From Bacilli bacterium (lineage in GTDB: Bacteria; Bacillota_I; Bacilli_A; RFN20; CAG-826): 64,000 nt of DNA. Positions 50,019 to 59,625 of this stretch are shown in pieces. Positions within the stretch are counted from its first letter, which is position 1, and each line of letters opens with the position of its first letter. The translations under genes and the position numbers were made by a program. Under the pieces are notes generated by a model. It made no database searches, was not told the origin of the DNA, and saw nothing but the letters and a program-made list of their open reading frames with translations. The DNA is taken from positions 2,754 through 66,753 of the forward strand of contig JAEDOI010000001.1 in NCBI GenBank assembly GCA_016302065.1. Direction: 5' to 3'.

Positions 50019-50541
50019 AAAAGATTATGAAGTTATGGATAAACTTGCTATTGATATCTATGTAGATTATGGCATTAGTTCTTTCCCGCTAGATATTTAT
50101 GATTTAGCTAAAAAGATGGGTGTTAAATTAATCAAATATTCATTATTTGATGATGTTCAAAGAGAACTTTTGCAAAAAAAATCTACTGATGGTTTTTTTG
50201 TAGATTCACCAAAGGGACCTCTTATTTTCTACAATGATTGTATAGAATATCAAGGAAAAATTAATTTAACTATTGCTCATGAATTAAAACACTTTATATG
50301 TAATGACGAAAAAGAAGATGAAGACAGCGAAAAACTTGCCGATCATTTTGGAAGATTTCTACTATGTCCAACCCCATATTTGATTTATTCTGGTATTGAT
50401 GATATCTATGAAATAATGGATATGTTTGGTTTGACTTATAGTGCAGCAATAAACGCACTTAATGCAAGTGAAAATAGAAAATATTATTATGGAAATAAAA
50501 TATTTGATTATGAAAAATCATTGGTAGATTTGTTTATATAA
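50005..50541 (+). CDS. ImmA/IrrE-family zinc metallopeptidase (DUF955-like)
   Basis: HEXXH motif HELKH. It overlaps the XRE gene. The GTG at 50005 is preceded by GGAAAGGGG, and other candidate starts lie at 49990 and 50038. Confidence 0.7.
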   Translation: MAVTKKDYEVMDKLAIDIYVDYGISSFPLDIYDLAKKMGVKLIKYSLFDDVQRELLQKKSTDGFFVDSPKGPLIFYNDCIEYQGKINLTIAHELKHFICNDEKEDEDSEKLADHFGRFLLCPTPYLIYSGIDDIYEIMDMFGLTYSAAINALNASENRKYYYGNKIFDYEKSLVDLFI

Positions 50542-50719
50542 AAAAACGCCCATTAAAATGAGCGCTCATCACGATATGTTAAATACCATGATCTGGACAA
50601 TTGTGATTTTAACATAAGCGTGATGATTTTGTCAAATAAACTAAAGGGAAGAACCCTTAGAAAGGAGATGAAATCGTTATGACAAAATTACAATTAGAAT
50701 TTCTTCTTTATGGTGGTTT

Positions 50720-51466
50720 ATGGTAAAGAAGAATAATCTTAAAAAATTTATAAACCTAAATTTTATTGATTTTACAAATCAGACTTATTTAATTGGCAAA
50801 TATGATTTGCCTTATGTTACATGTTCTGATTGTGTAAATCCAAATTATCTTGCTTTATATTCAGAATCTAATAATTATTTTAAGACTGAAAATACCTGTG
50901 TTTGTTTTTATCTTTATGATAATAAATTCGATGGTATTAAAGGTATTTATAACGCAATATATTATAAAGATGAGAAATTATTGGCAAAATATAAAGAAAG
51001 ATTTAAAGGTGTGAAATATGCTATCGCACCTGATTATTCACAATGTGGAGATATTCCTAGATTTGAAAATATTTATCGTTTGGCGAAATCTAGAATAGTA
51101 GCAAATTGGTTATTATTAGAGTGTGATGTTCTTGTCATTCCAAATGTAACATACGCTAATGAAAACTATTTTGATGTTATGCTCGATGGTATGGAAAACA
51201 CTGAGGTGGTAGCTTTTAGTGTAAAAGGATTGTTAAGAGAAACATCAGAAAAAGAATTGTTATTAAAGGCAATTCGATATACGGTAGATAATTTAAAATA
51301 TCTAAAGAAAATTATTGTCTATAGTGTTTCCACAAGTGATGAAAAAGTAATGTCGTTATTTGAATACGCATTATCTAAAGGAATTGAAATTATCATTCCA
51401 AATAATATTTTAAAAGAAAGAAATATTATTAATAAAAAGGTGGTGGTATCTAATGGGAAAGACTAG
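50720..51466 (+). CDS. DUF4417-like protein (assignment from memory, unverified)
   Basis: The blocks VCFYLYDNKFD, YAIAPDYSQCGDIP, IYRLAKSRIVANWLL and VLVIPNVTY match the pattern I recall for DUF4417 (FYxdDxkFe, PDFSxy, NxyRnR, ViPnvsW). Confidence 0.5.
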   Translation: MVKKNNLKKFINLNFIDFTNQTYLIGKYDLPYVTCSDCVNPNYLALYSESNNYFKTENTCVCFYLYDNKFDGIKGIYNAIYYKDEKLLAKYKERFKGVKYAIAPDYSQCGDIPRFENIYRLAKSRIVANWLLLECDVLVIPNVTYANENYFDVMLDGMENTEVVAFSVKGLLRETSEKELLLKAIRYTVDNLKYLKKIIVYSVSTSDEKVMSLFEYALSKGIEIIIPNNILKERNIINKKVVVSNGKD

Positions 51467-51920
51467 TAAAAGTGGATTAGGAGTTGGAACAGGAAGTTCA
51501 CCACAAGGAAGTTTATCACAAGGAAATGTTGATGCAAAAGTTAAAGAGTTAACAAAAAAATTGAAACCATTTGATTCTACCTTATTTAGTTATCAAGAAA
51601 GCATTCCTAAATACGAAGGTTATTTATTGAATTTAGATCATAGTATTGGAGGATCTAAGGCGAAATTTTTAAAAGAAGCTTTAGGGTATAAAACTGGTGA
51701 TGGATTTAAACTTCATATGGCAATTGGTCAAGCTATCAATGGTAAAATACCAAGTAAAGTTGAAACCACACCATTTGGAACAAAGTATAATTTTAATACT
51801 AAACTAAAAGGAAACGATGGGAAATATCATTCAACTAATGTAACTATAGTAGTGCAAAACGATAATGGAAAGACTACATGGAGAATAATCACTTTGACTC
51901 CAGGGAAAAAAGACAGATAG
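51453..51920 (+). CDS. hypothetical protein, DUF6883-like (assignment from memory, unverified)
   Basis: The central motif KYEGYLLNLDHSIGGSKAKFLKEALGY resembles the YLLNPxHPxGxxKAxxFxxALGF signature I associate with DUF6883. The N-terminus is Gly/Ser-rich. Confidence 0.4.
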   Translation: MGKTSKSGLGVGTGSSPQGSLSQGNVDAKVKELTKKLKPFDSTLFSYQESIPKYEGYLLNLDHSIGGSKAKFLKEALGYKTGDGFKLHMAIGQAINGKIPSKVETTPFGTKYNFNTKLKGNDGKYHSTNVTIVVQNDNGKTTWRIITLTPGKKDR

Positions 51921-51929
51921 GAGGACTTT

Positions 51930-52139
51930 ATGAACGAATTGGATTGTGTAAAATTAATTAAACCTTTTAAAGGGTTAAAAGTAGGAACAAAAGGGTGTAT
52001 TGTATTGAAATATACTGAAAATGATTTTGAAGTAGAGTTTTTCGACGAAAATGATGAAACAATAGATGTTTATACAATTTCAAGAGAATATCTAGAGGTT
52101 TATTGGACACCAAAGGATGGATATTTGAACAAAAATTAA
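51930..52139 (+). CDS. DUF4926-like small protein (assignment from memory, unverified)
   Basis: The 69-aa sequence DCVKLIKPFKGLKVGTKGCIVLKYTENDFEVEFFDENDETIDVYTI fits the D.V.L...L.G...G.VV..Y...YEVEF.DE.G pattern I recall for DUF4926. Confidence 0.45.
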   Translation: MNELDCVKLIKPFKGLKVGTKGCIVLKYTENDFEVEFFDENDETIDVYTISREYLEVYWTPKDGYLNKN

Positions 52140-52390
52140 AACTGTTTTATTTGTTGAATGATATATTAGTTGTGTTTTAGTAAACATTCTTATTGAAAAT
52201 ATTAATTATTTGTTTCCTTATCTAAATAAAATAAAAAATGTAGTAATATTCCAATCCCACCTGACGTAATTGGTGGATATATAAATAAGAAATGATTTTA
52301 TATATAATGAAGCGCATTTTAATATTACAAAAACATAATTAAGTGATTTATTACATTTTTAAAACTATTTTTAACAAGAATATATGTTAA

Positions 52391-53140
52391 TTAATGATTA
52401 AGATTCTTTTCTTTAATGATTAATTCTGGTTTAGATAATATTACCTTTGTATTATCTTTAACTGAATCAACTAAAAAGACATTACTACCAATTGTAACAT
52501 TATTTCCAATTACAACATCTCCTCCAAGAATGGAAGCTCCTGAATAAATGGTTACATAGTTTCCAATTGTAGGGTGTCTTTTAGTGTTACTTAATTTATG
52601 ACCTAAAGCAAGAGATAATCCGCCAAGTGTAACGCCTTGATAAATTTTAACGTGGTGCCCAATAATACTTGTTTCTCCAATTACAATACCAGTTCCATGA
52701 TCTATGAAGAAATATTCACCAATTTTAGCGCCAGGATGAATGTCTATTCCTGTTAAATTGTGTGCTTCTTCTCCAATGAATCTTGCGATAATTTTTTTGT
52801 TTTGATTATATAAGATGTGGGCAATTCGATGGTAGTAATTAGCTTTAAATCCAGGATAAGTTAAAATAATTTCTTCAATAGAATCTGCAGCTGGATCGGA
52901 ATCAAAAGTAAATTGTAAATCCTTTTGCAATGTATCTTTTAATTTATCTAATTCATTAAAAAAATATGTTATATCCTGCTTATTTTTTGATACTTCTTTT
53001 TTATATAGCGCCTTAGCTTTATATTTTGATATAAATACAGGTGTTGATGAAAAACAGTTAGGAAATAATATGTTTTTTAGATTTTTAATAAATTTTTTTA
53101 TTTTTTTATTTCTTGGTAAATTTTTAATATTGTATCCCAT
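52391..53140 (-). CDS. cysE: serine O-acetyltransferase
   Basis: Left-handed beta-helix hexapeptide repeats (DIHPGAKIGEYFFIDHGTGIVIGETSIIG) and an N-terminal SATase helical domain. Confidence 0.8.
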   Translation of the reverse strand: MGYNIKNLPRNKKIKKFIKNLKNILFPNCFSSTPVFISKYKAKALYKKEVSKNKQDITYFFNELDKLKDTLQKDLQFTFDSDPAADSIEEIILTYPGFKANYYHRIAHILYNQNKKIIARFIGEEAHNLTGIDIHPGAKIGEYFFIDHGTGIVIGETSIIGHHVKIYQGVTLGGLSLALGHKLSNTKRHPTIGNYVTIYSGASILGGDVVIGNNVTIGSNVFLVDSVKDNTKVILSKPELIIKEKNLNH

Positions 53141-53313
53141 AATAGCTTTCCTTTTTGCTTATTTATTATAATCTAATAAACTTAATATTAATACAAAAAC
53201 GATCTTTCATTTTTCAAGTAAACATAATCTTTACTACTTTTATTACGAAAATAAGTTTAATTATCAATAATTAAGTTGTAAAATATTAAAAGTTAAAAAG
53301 GAGTTTATTTTCA

Positions 53314-54018
53314 ATGGGAAGACATTTTGAAGTAAGAGCTGCAGCAATGGCTGCCACTGCAAAGCAAAAGAGCGCTATTTATATGCGTGCAAGTAAAGAA
53401 ATTTATATGGCAGCAAAAAGAGGCGTTCCTGATCCTAATTCAAATTTAGCATTAAGATCAGCTATTGATAAATATAGAAAATCCTGTCCAAGAGATGTTA
53501 TTGATAGAGCAATTAAAAAAGCTCAAGGTGGAGATGCTGAAAACTACATTGAGGGTTCCTATGAAGCATTTGGTCCAGCTGGAACATTACTTATTGTTGA
53601 TACATTAACTGATAATTCAAATAGAGCTTTAGTAAGTGTTAGAACTATTATAACTAGAAAAGGTGGACACTTAGGAAGTGTTGGATACAATTTTGAAAAT
53701 GCTGGTTTATTCGATTTTAATTATTCTGGAACTGAAGAAAGTTTAGAAGAAGCTTTAGTTTTAGGTGATGTTGATGTTAAGGAAATTTCATTAGAAGATG
53801 GGGTTGCTGAAGTTGTTGTAAGTCCAAGTGATTTTGAAAAAGCTAAAGAAATTCTTAAAGATATTGGTGTAAATGATTTTGAAGTTTCTCAAATTACAAA
53901 GATTGCTAATGAAACCGTTAAGCTCGAAGGTGAAGAATTAACAAAATTTAAAGAATTGTTGTCTTTACTTGATGAATGTGAAGACGTTCAAGCTGTTTAT
54001 CACAACGTAGATTTATAA
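53314..54018 (+). CDS. yebC: YebC/PmpR-family DNA-binding regulatory protein
   Basis: The N-terminus GRHFEVRAAAMAATAKQK..AAKRGVPDPNSNLALRSAIDK is characteristic. Length is 234 aa. Confidence 0.85.
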   Translation: MGRHFEVRAAAMAATAKQKSAIYMRASKEIYMAAKRGVPDPNSNLALRSAIDKYRKSCPRDVIDRAIKKAQGGDAENYIEGSYEAFGPAGTLLIVDTLTDNSNRALVSVRTIITRKGGHLGSVGYNFENAGLFDFNYSGTEESLEEALVLGDVDVKEISLEDGVAEVVVSPSDFEKAKEILKDIGVNDFEVSQITKIANETVKLEGEELTKFKELLSLLDECEDVQAVYHNVDL

Positions 54019-54020
54019 AA

Positions 54021-54905
54021 ATGGGAAAATATGATGTAAAGCGGGCTGTAATTCCTTGTGCTGGAAAAGGCACAAGGTTTTTACCTGTAACTAAGGGAAC
54101 ACCAAAAGAGATGTGTCCAATTGTTGATAAACCTACTTTAGATTATATTGTTGATGAATGTATCGATGGTGGCATCACTAATATATTAATAATTTTGAGT
54201 GAAGGAAAAGATGATATTAGGCGATACTATCATAACGATGTTGATTACGAAAAAGAGTTGATTGAAAAAGGCAAAACTGAATTTGCATCAATTATTCATA
54301 ATGTTGCTAATAAAGCTAATTTTTATTTTACAGTGCAACATGAATTACTTGGGCTTGGTCATGCTGTTTTACAAGCAAAAGAATTTATAAAAAATGAAAA
54401 TTTTATTGTTTGTTGTGGGGACGATATTTGTACATATGAAGGCGATGCTCCTAGCAAGCAATTAATTGAAGCATTTAAGAAAACTAATGGGCATACAATT
54501 GTTGGAGGTCAAAAAGTAAAACATGAAATGATCTCGAAATATGGTTGTATGGATATTAATAGAGAAGAAAGTGCTCGTTTATATTCTCTTAAAGGTATTG
54601 TTGAAAAACCTAATATTGAGGAAGCTCCAAGCGACTTAGCAAGTTTAGGAAAGTGGGTTTTTAATAGTAAAATCTTCGATTATATTGAAAAAACTCCTAA
54701 GGGCAAGGGTGGCGAAATTCAACTTACTGATGCCATTGCCTTAATGATCAAAGATGAACCAGTTTATTTTTACGATTTTGTTGGAAAACGATATGATTGC
54801 GGCGATAAACTAGGATATCTTAAAGCCATTGTTGATGTAGCTTTAAAAAGAGATGATTTAAAAGATTCATTTAAAGAATTTTTAAAAGAAAAAGATTTTA
54901 GGTAG
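54021..54905 (+). CDS. galU: UTP--glucose-1-phosphate uridylyltransferase
   Basis: KRAVIPCAGKGTRFLPVTKGTPKEMCPIVDKP matches the GalU N-terminal signature. Confidence 0.85.
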   Translation: MGKYDVKRAVIPCAGKGTRFLPVTKGTPKEMCPIVDKPTLDYIVDECIDGGITNILIILSEGKDDIRRYYHNDVDYEKELIEKGKTEFASIIHNVANKANFYFTVQHELLGLGHAVLQAKEFIKNENFIVCCGDDICTYEGDAPSKQLIEAFKKTNGHTIVGGQKVKHEMISKYGCMDINREESARLYSLKGIVEKPNIEEAPSDLASLGKWVFNSKIFDYIEKTPKGKGGEIQLTDAIALMIKDEPVYFYDFVGKRYDCGDKLGYLKAIVDVALKRDDLKDSFKEFLKEKDFR

Positions 54906-54928
54906 GATTTCCTACCTTTTTTTGTTTT

Positions 54929-55786
54929 ATGAGAAGTAAAGTATATTATATAAAGAAAATTACACCTGAAAATATTGTTAAAATTTACGAGGCATTAAGT
55001 TTTTCTCTTGAAGGAAATGTAGGAATAAAATTTCATAGTGGGGAAAAAGGAAATCAAAATTATTTAAAACCAGATATGTATGAGCCGATTGTAAAAAGAT
55101 TGAATGCTACTTTGCTTGAATGCAACACAGCTTATCCTGGAAGTAGAAATACCACTGAAAAACATATGAATTTAATGAAAGAACATGGTTGGAGTCCTCG
55201 TTTTAAAGTTGATATTCTAGATGCTGATGGTGATTTAAAACTAGATATTCCTCTTCATAAAATAATTGATAAAAACTATGTTGGAAAGCATATTTTAAAT
55301 TATGATTCAATATTAGTTTTATCTCATTTTAAGGGTCATCCAATGGGAGGATATGGTGGAGCATTAAAACAATTATCCATAGGATTTGCTAGCTCTTTTG
55401 GTAAAAATAATATTCATAGTGCTGGAACAAAAAGCTGGACTAAGAATCAAGATGAGTTTTTAGAAGCAATGGCTGATGCTGCTAAATCAGTTGTAGATTT
55501 ATATAAAAATAAAATTTGTTATATAAATGTTATGGCAAATATGAGTGTCGATTGTGATTGTTGCAGTAAAGCTGAAGATCCTTGTATTCAGGATTTAGGA
55601 ATTCTAGCTTCACTTGATCCAGTAAGTATAGATAAAGCATGTTTAGATTTAGTGTATAATTCAAATCTCAAAGGTAAAGAACATTTCATTGAAAGAGTTG
55701 AATCTCGTCATGGATTAGTAACAATTGAAGCTGCTAGTGAATTAAAAATTGGCAGTACAGATTATGAATTAGTTGAGATAAAATAA
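54929..55786 (+). CDS. conserved hypothetical protein with a CxCxC cysteine cluster (possibly DUF362-like)
   Basis: SVDCDCCSKAEDPC motif. No confident family assignment. Confidence 0.35.
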   Translation: MRSKVYYIKKITPENIVKIYEALSFSLEGNVGIKFHSGEKGNQNYLKPDMYEPIVKRLNATLLECNTAYPGSRNTTEKHMNLMKEHGWSPRFKVDILDADGDLKLDIPLHKIIDKNYVGKHILNYDSILVLSHFKGHPMGGYGGALKQLSIGFASSFGKNNIHSAGTKSWTKNQDEFLEAMADAAKSVVDLYKNKICYINVMANMSVDCDCCSKAEDPCIQDLGILASLDPVSIDKACLDLVYNSNLKGKEHFIERVESRHGLVTIEAASELKIGSTDYELVEIK

Positions 55787-55934
55787 AAAATCTAACTACT
55801 TATTGCTATTACTCATATTTTTTAGTTTTTTATTGCTTTATATATTTAATAAATATATAATTTTAAAGACACGATTTCTAAGAATGAATTTTGTCCCGGT
55901 AAGATAAATTTTCAAAGGAAAGGAAATTGATTGT

Positions 55935-56393
55935 ATGAATAGAGAAACTACAAATTTAAAGAAAGAAGAAATTGTACGTAAGTGGTACGTCGTTGATGCT
56001 GCAAATAAACCATTAGGTAGATTAGCTAGCGAAGTTGCAACTCATTTAATGGGTAAACAAAAACCATCATGGACTCCAAATCAAGATTGTGGAGATTACA
56101 TTATTGTTATTAACTGTGAAAAAGTATCAGTTAGTGGTAACAACGTTATGACTAACAAAAAATACTACAATGTCAGTGGTTACAATGGTGGTATGAGAGT
56201 TAGAACTTTAAAAGAAATGCTTGAAAAATATCCAGAAGAACTTTTCGAAAGAGTTGTTTGGGGTATGTTACCAAAAGGTAGACTTGGAAGAGCAATGGCT
56301 AAGAAGTTATTTGTTTACAAAGGAAGTGAACATAAACACGAAGCTCAAAAACCAGAAGTATTAACTTTTAAAAAATTGGAAGGAGTTAAATAA
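55935..56393 (+). CDS. rplM: 50S ribosomal protein L13 (uL13)
   Basis: [30 protein letters not shown] signature. Confidence 0.9.
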   Translation: MNRETTNLKKEEIVRKWYVVDAANKPLGRLASEVATHLMGKQKPSWTPNQDCGDYIIVINCEKVSVSGNNVMTNKKYYNVSGYNGGMRVRTLKEMLEKYPEELFERVVWGMLPKGRLGRAMAKKLFVYKGSEHKHEAQKPEVLTFKKLEGVK

Positions 56394-56785
56394 TGGCTAG
56401 GAAGATTGAATATTACGGTACTGGAAGAAGAAAAACTAGTATTGCTAAAGTAAGAGTATTTCCTGGAAGTGGAAAATTCGAAGTTAATGGATTAGATGTC
56501 AACGCTTACTTCCCAATGAAAACATTAGTTCTTGATCTTAAGCAACCTTTAGATGTTCTTGGCGCTGCTGAAAAGTATGATGTTAGAGCAGATGTCGTTG
56601 GTGGTGGATATACTGGTCAAGCTGGTGCTATAAGACTCGGATTAGCAAGAGCTTTACTTGAAGCTCATGAAGATAGAGCAGCACTTAAAGCCAACGGATT
56701 ATTAACCCGTAATTCTAGAAGTAAAGAAAGAAAGAAATACGGTCTTAAGAAAGCTAGAAAAGCAAGTCAATTCTCAAAACGTTAA
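56393..56785 (+). CDS. rpsI: 30S ribosomal protein S9 (uS9)
   Basis: [14 protein letters not shown] and the C-terminal [25 protein letters not shown]. Confidence 0.9.
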   Translation: MARKIEYYGTGRRKTSIAKVRVFPGSGKFEVNGLDVNAYFPMKTLVLDLKQPLDVLGAAEKYDVRADVVGGGYTGQAGAIRLGLARALLEAHEDRAALKANGLLTRNSRSKERKKYGLKKARKASQFSKR

Positions 56786-56800
56786 TTTGTTTCTCAATAG

Positions 56801-56829
56801 AAAGGAAGAGCTATTCTCTTCCTTTCTTA
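56801..56829 (+). terminator. hairpin AAAGGAAGAG-ctatt-CTCTTCCTTT after rpsI
   Basis: 10-bp stem with a weak T tract. Confidence 0.5.
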
Positions 56830-56890
56830 GAAAAAAATACTTGATTTTATAGGCATTATTTACTATATTAATTAAGCATCAATTATTTAT

Positions 56891-56967
<77 letters not shown>

Positions 56968-57009
56968 TAAAAAGAAAAATTGATTGCATTGTTTAAGTGT
57001 CTATAGACT

Positions 57010-57084
57010 GGGCGCTTAGCTCAGTGGGAGAGCACTTCCTTCACACGGAAGGGGTCATAAGTTCGATCCTTATAGCGCCCACCA
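57010..57084 (+). tRNA. tRNA-Val (anticodon read as CAC)
   Basis: Acceptor GGGCGCT/AGCGCCC, D-arm GCTC-AGTGGGA-GAGC, anticodon stem CTTCC/GGAAG with loop TTCACAC, and an encoded CCA. Confidence 0.85.
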
Positions 57085-57091
57085 AAACTTT

Positions 57092-57167
57092 GCCTTCTTA
57101 GCTCAGTTGGTAGAGCAACTGATTTGTAATCAGTAGGTCGCTGGTCCGAATCCGGCAGAAGGCACCA
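57092..57167 (+). tRNA. tRNA-Thr (TGT)
   Basis: Acceptor GCCTTCT/AGAAGGC, anticodon stem ACTGA/TCAGT with loop TTTGTAA, and an encoded CCA. Confidence 0.9.
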
Positions 57168-57180
57168 TCTTGAGAATATA

Positions 57181-57208
57181 CGCAATATTAAAATATTGCG
57201 TTTTTTTT
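57181..57208 (+). terminator. rho-independent terminator CGCAATATT-aa-AATATTGCG followed by T8
   Basis: Near-identical to the terminator at 48658. Confidence 0.75.
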
Positions 57209-57528
57209 ATACTTTTATACTTTTTATTCTTACAGAAGATTTGCTTATTAAATTAGGATTCAAAGCGTCTAGTTCTTACATAGTAAACAATCTTTCTAAT
57301 GATAAAATACATTTTAAAATATGCTATTATCTATTCAATTTCCATTTGATTTTATATGTTGCTTGTGATGATATCCATCTATAGTAAATTGTTATATTTA
57401 CATCTATTGATGTCTTTCTTAGCGGATTATTAAAGAGAGGTAAAATAGCCTCATTCACTAATATACTAAAATGTTTTTAATGTTTGTAATGTCTTAAATA
57501 GATATTATTTGAAAGTATTTCAAAGCTT

Positions 57529-58605
57529 TTATTTGTAATTTATAATTAATCTCTTTAATGAATCATCACTTAATAAAGAATCTAATTCATTTTTAGAAGA
57601 TATAGTTAAACAATTTATATTATTAAATATTGTTTTTACTATGTTATTAAATTCATTATCTTTTAGTGAATTATATTTTTTCTCATATTTTTTATAATAT
57701 ATGTTATCTCTTATAATGCTAAGGGTAATTCTTCTAATTAAACATAAAATATTTGTTTCAATCCAATATAAAAATTTAGAATTACAATTTAATTTGTTTT
57801 CAATGTTTTTTATATAATAATAAAATGAAATTCCATCATTAGCATTATGATATAAATCTACATATATATAATCAAAGATAGATAAATCATTATTCTTTAA
57901 ATATTCTAAAGCATCGCATTTTATTATTTTTACTTTGTCTTTGTATTTATAATTAGGCATAATAAATTTAGTAAAAAGTGATATTATTTCCTCATCATTT
58001 TCTAAAATAGTAATGTTTTTTACACTTGCTTTATTACTAATTAAATATGAAAAATAACCAATTCCTAAACCTAATACCAAAACATTGTTTTTTACTATAT
58101 CAATATCTTTTTTCATAGTATTTATTTCATGTGGGATGGTCGACATCCATGTAATATTGTTTTTATTTAACTCAATATATGTAAATGAATCTTTAAAATA
58201 ACCAACATCATATGTTTCTCTAAAATATTCATTTTTATTTACCTTAATTTCATCATAAATAAATAAATAGTAAGGATCATATTTAGAAAAATCTAGTGTA
58301 TATCCTTTACATTTTATTTTTTCTCTTAATTTAATTCCTTTAATGTAGGCGTCATTTTTATATTTTTTAATATCTAATTCTTTGATATTGTTTAGTTCAT
58401 ATTCTTTTTCAAAATTTTTAAAATATGTATCATTTTCATCAATTTCTAGGCATTCTTTTATATAAGAATATAAAGAAATTTCATTGTTAAATTCATAATC
58501 ATTAAAGTAATTAAAGTAGTCATTATAAAAAGATGCAACTTGTTCATTAAGTTCCATTGTATCTAAGTATTTATTGATTAAAGAAATAGGTAAATTAATT
58601 TTCAT
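57529..58605 (-). CDS. class I SAM-dependent methyltransferase / spermidine-synthase-like fold protein with an N-terminal domain of unknown function
   Basis: Motif I VLVLGLGIGYFS, an acidic residue after beta2 (ILENDEE), and an IYVDLY region. The gene is extremely AT-rich and N/K/Y-rich. Confidence 0.4.
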   Translation of the reverse strand: MKINLPISLINKYLDTMELNEQVASFYNDYFNYFNDYEFNNEISLYSYIKECLEIDENDTYFKNFEKEYELNNIKELDIKKYKNDAYIKGIKLREKIKCKGYTLDFSKYDPYYLFIYDEIKVNKNEYFRETYDVGYFKDSFTYIELNKNNITWMSTIPHEINTMKKDIDIVKNNVLVLGLGIGYFSYLISNKASVKNITILENDEEIISLFTKFIMPNYKYKDKVKIIKCDALEYLKNNDLSIFDYIYVDLYHNANDGISFYYYIKNIENKLNCNSKFLYWIETNILCLIRRITLSIIRDNIYYKKYEKKYNSLKDNEFNNIVKTIFNNINCLTISSKNELDSLLSDDSLKRLIINYK

Positions 58606-58709
58606 AATAATAATATTATAAATTATAACTTTTTAATTAACATTACAATTTTCTTATGGATTGAAATGTTTTTTTATAATATAATACATTCGATAAAAGG
58701 AGATTTAAT

Positions 58710-58946
58710 ATGGCAAAAAAGTTCTTTAGTTTACCAAGAATAGTTCAAATTCTCTTACTTCTTATTCCTGTTGTAGGATGGATTATTGAATTAATTATTA
58801 GATGGAGTGCTGTTGCTGAAAAATTCAGTGCTTTAAACCTTGTTGCAGCAATACTTTTTACAGTTGTTGGTTGGGGCTGGGTTTTAAACGTTATTGATAT
58901 TATCTGGATTTTAGCATTCAAACACTTATTTCTTACAAAGGTATAG
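58710..58946 (+). CDS. small membrane protein (2 TM), hypothetical
   Basis: 78 aa with two hydrophobic helices. Confidence 0.3.
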   Translation: MAKKFFSLPRIVQILLLLIPVVGWIIELIIRWSAVAEKFSALNLVAAILFTVVGWGWVLNVIDIIWILAFKHLFLTKV

Positions 58947-58998
58947 TTAAATTAGCCACTATTTAGTGGCTATTTTTTTTATAGAAAGGATAAATTAT

Positions 58999-59625
58999 AT
59001 GTTACATTTAGTAAATCACCCATTAATTACAATGAAATTAAACAAAATGAGAGATGAAAAAACAAATAGTAAAGATTTTAGAACTTTACTTGATGAAATT
59101 TCTTCTCTTATGACTTATGAAGTTTTTAAAGATGTTAATTTAGTCTCTAGTGGAAGAAAAATTAAAACTCCTACTGGATGTGAAATTGATAAATTGAAAT
59201 TGGAACATGATATTATCATAGTTCCTATTTTAAGAGCAGGAATGGGAATGAGTAATGGAGTTGTCAATATGCTTCCAACAGCTCGTATTGGTCATATTGG
59301 ATTGTATAGAGACGAAACAACATTAAAACCTGTTGAATATTTTTGTAAAATGCCTCATGTAACTGACCCACTCGTTCTTGTTTGCGATCCAATGTTAGCA
59401 ACTGGAGGAAGTGCAATTGATGCTGTTACAATTATGAAAGAAAAAGGATTTAAAAACATCAGAATGCTTTGCCTTGTCGGTGCTCCAGAGGGGGTAGAAG
59501 CTTTCCTTAAGGTTCATCCTGATGTTGAATTATATTTAGCAGCTCTTGATGATAAACTTAATGAGAAGGGTTATATCCTTCCAGGTTTAGGAGATGCTGG
59601 TGATAGAATATTTGGTACTTTATAA
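58999..59625 (+). CDS. upp: uracil phosphoribosyltransferase
   Basis: HPLI..KL..MRD, the PRPP-binding loop VLVCDPMLATGGS, and a C-terminal YILPGLGDAGDRIFGT. Confidence 0.85.
   Translation: MLHLVNHPLITMKLNKMRDEKTNSKDFRTLLDEISSLMTYEVFKDVNLVSSGRKIKTPTGCEIDKLKLEHDIIIVPILRAGMGMSNGVVNMLPTARIGHIGLYRDETTLKPVEYFCKMPHVTDPLVLVCDPMLATGGSAIDAVTIMKEKGFKNIRMLCLVGAPEGVEAFLKVHPDVELYLAALDDKLNEKGYILPGLGDAGDRIFGTL

Noticed and set aside
55787-55934. L13 leader autoregulatory RNA upstream of rplM
   Set aside because: The intergenic region is AT-rich, and I could not fold it into the L13-leader shape seen in Bacillus. There is no support beyond position.
57196-57384. 62-aa ORF after the tRNA-Thr terminator
   Set aside because: It starts inside the terminator T-run, has a low-complexity product and has no RBS.
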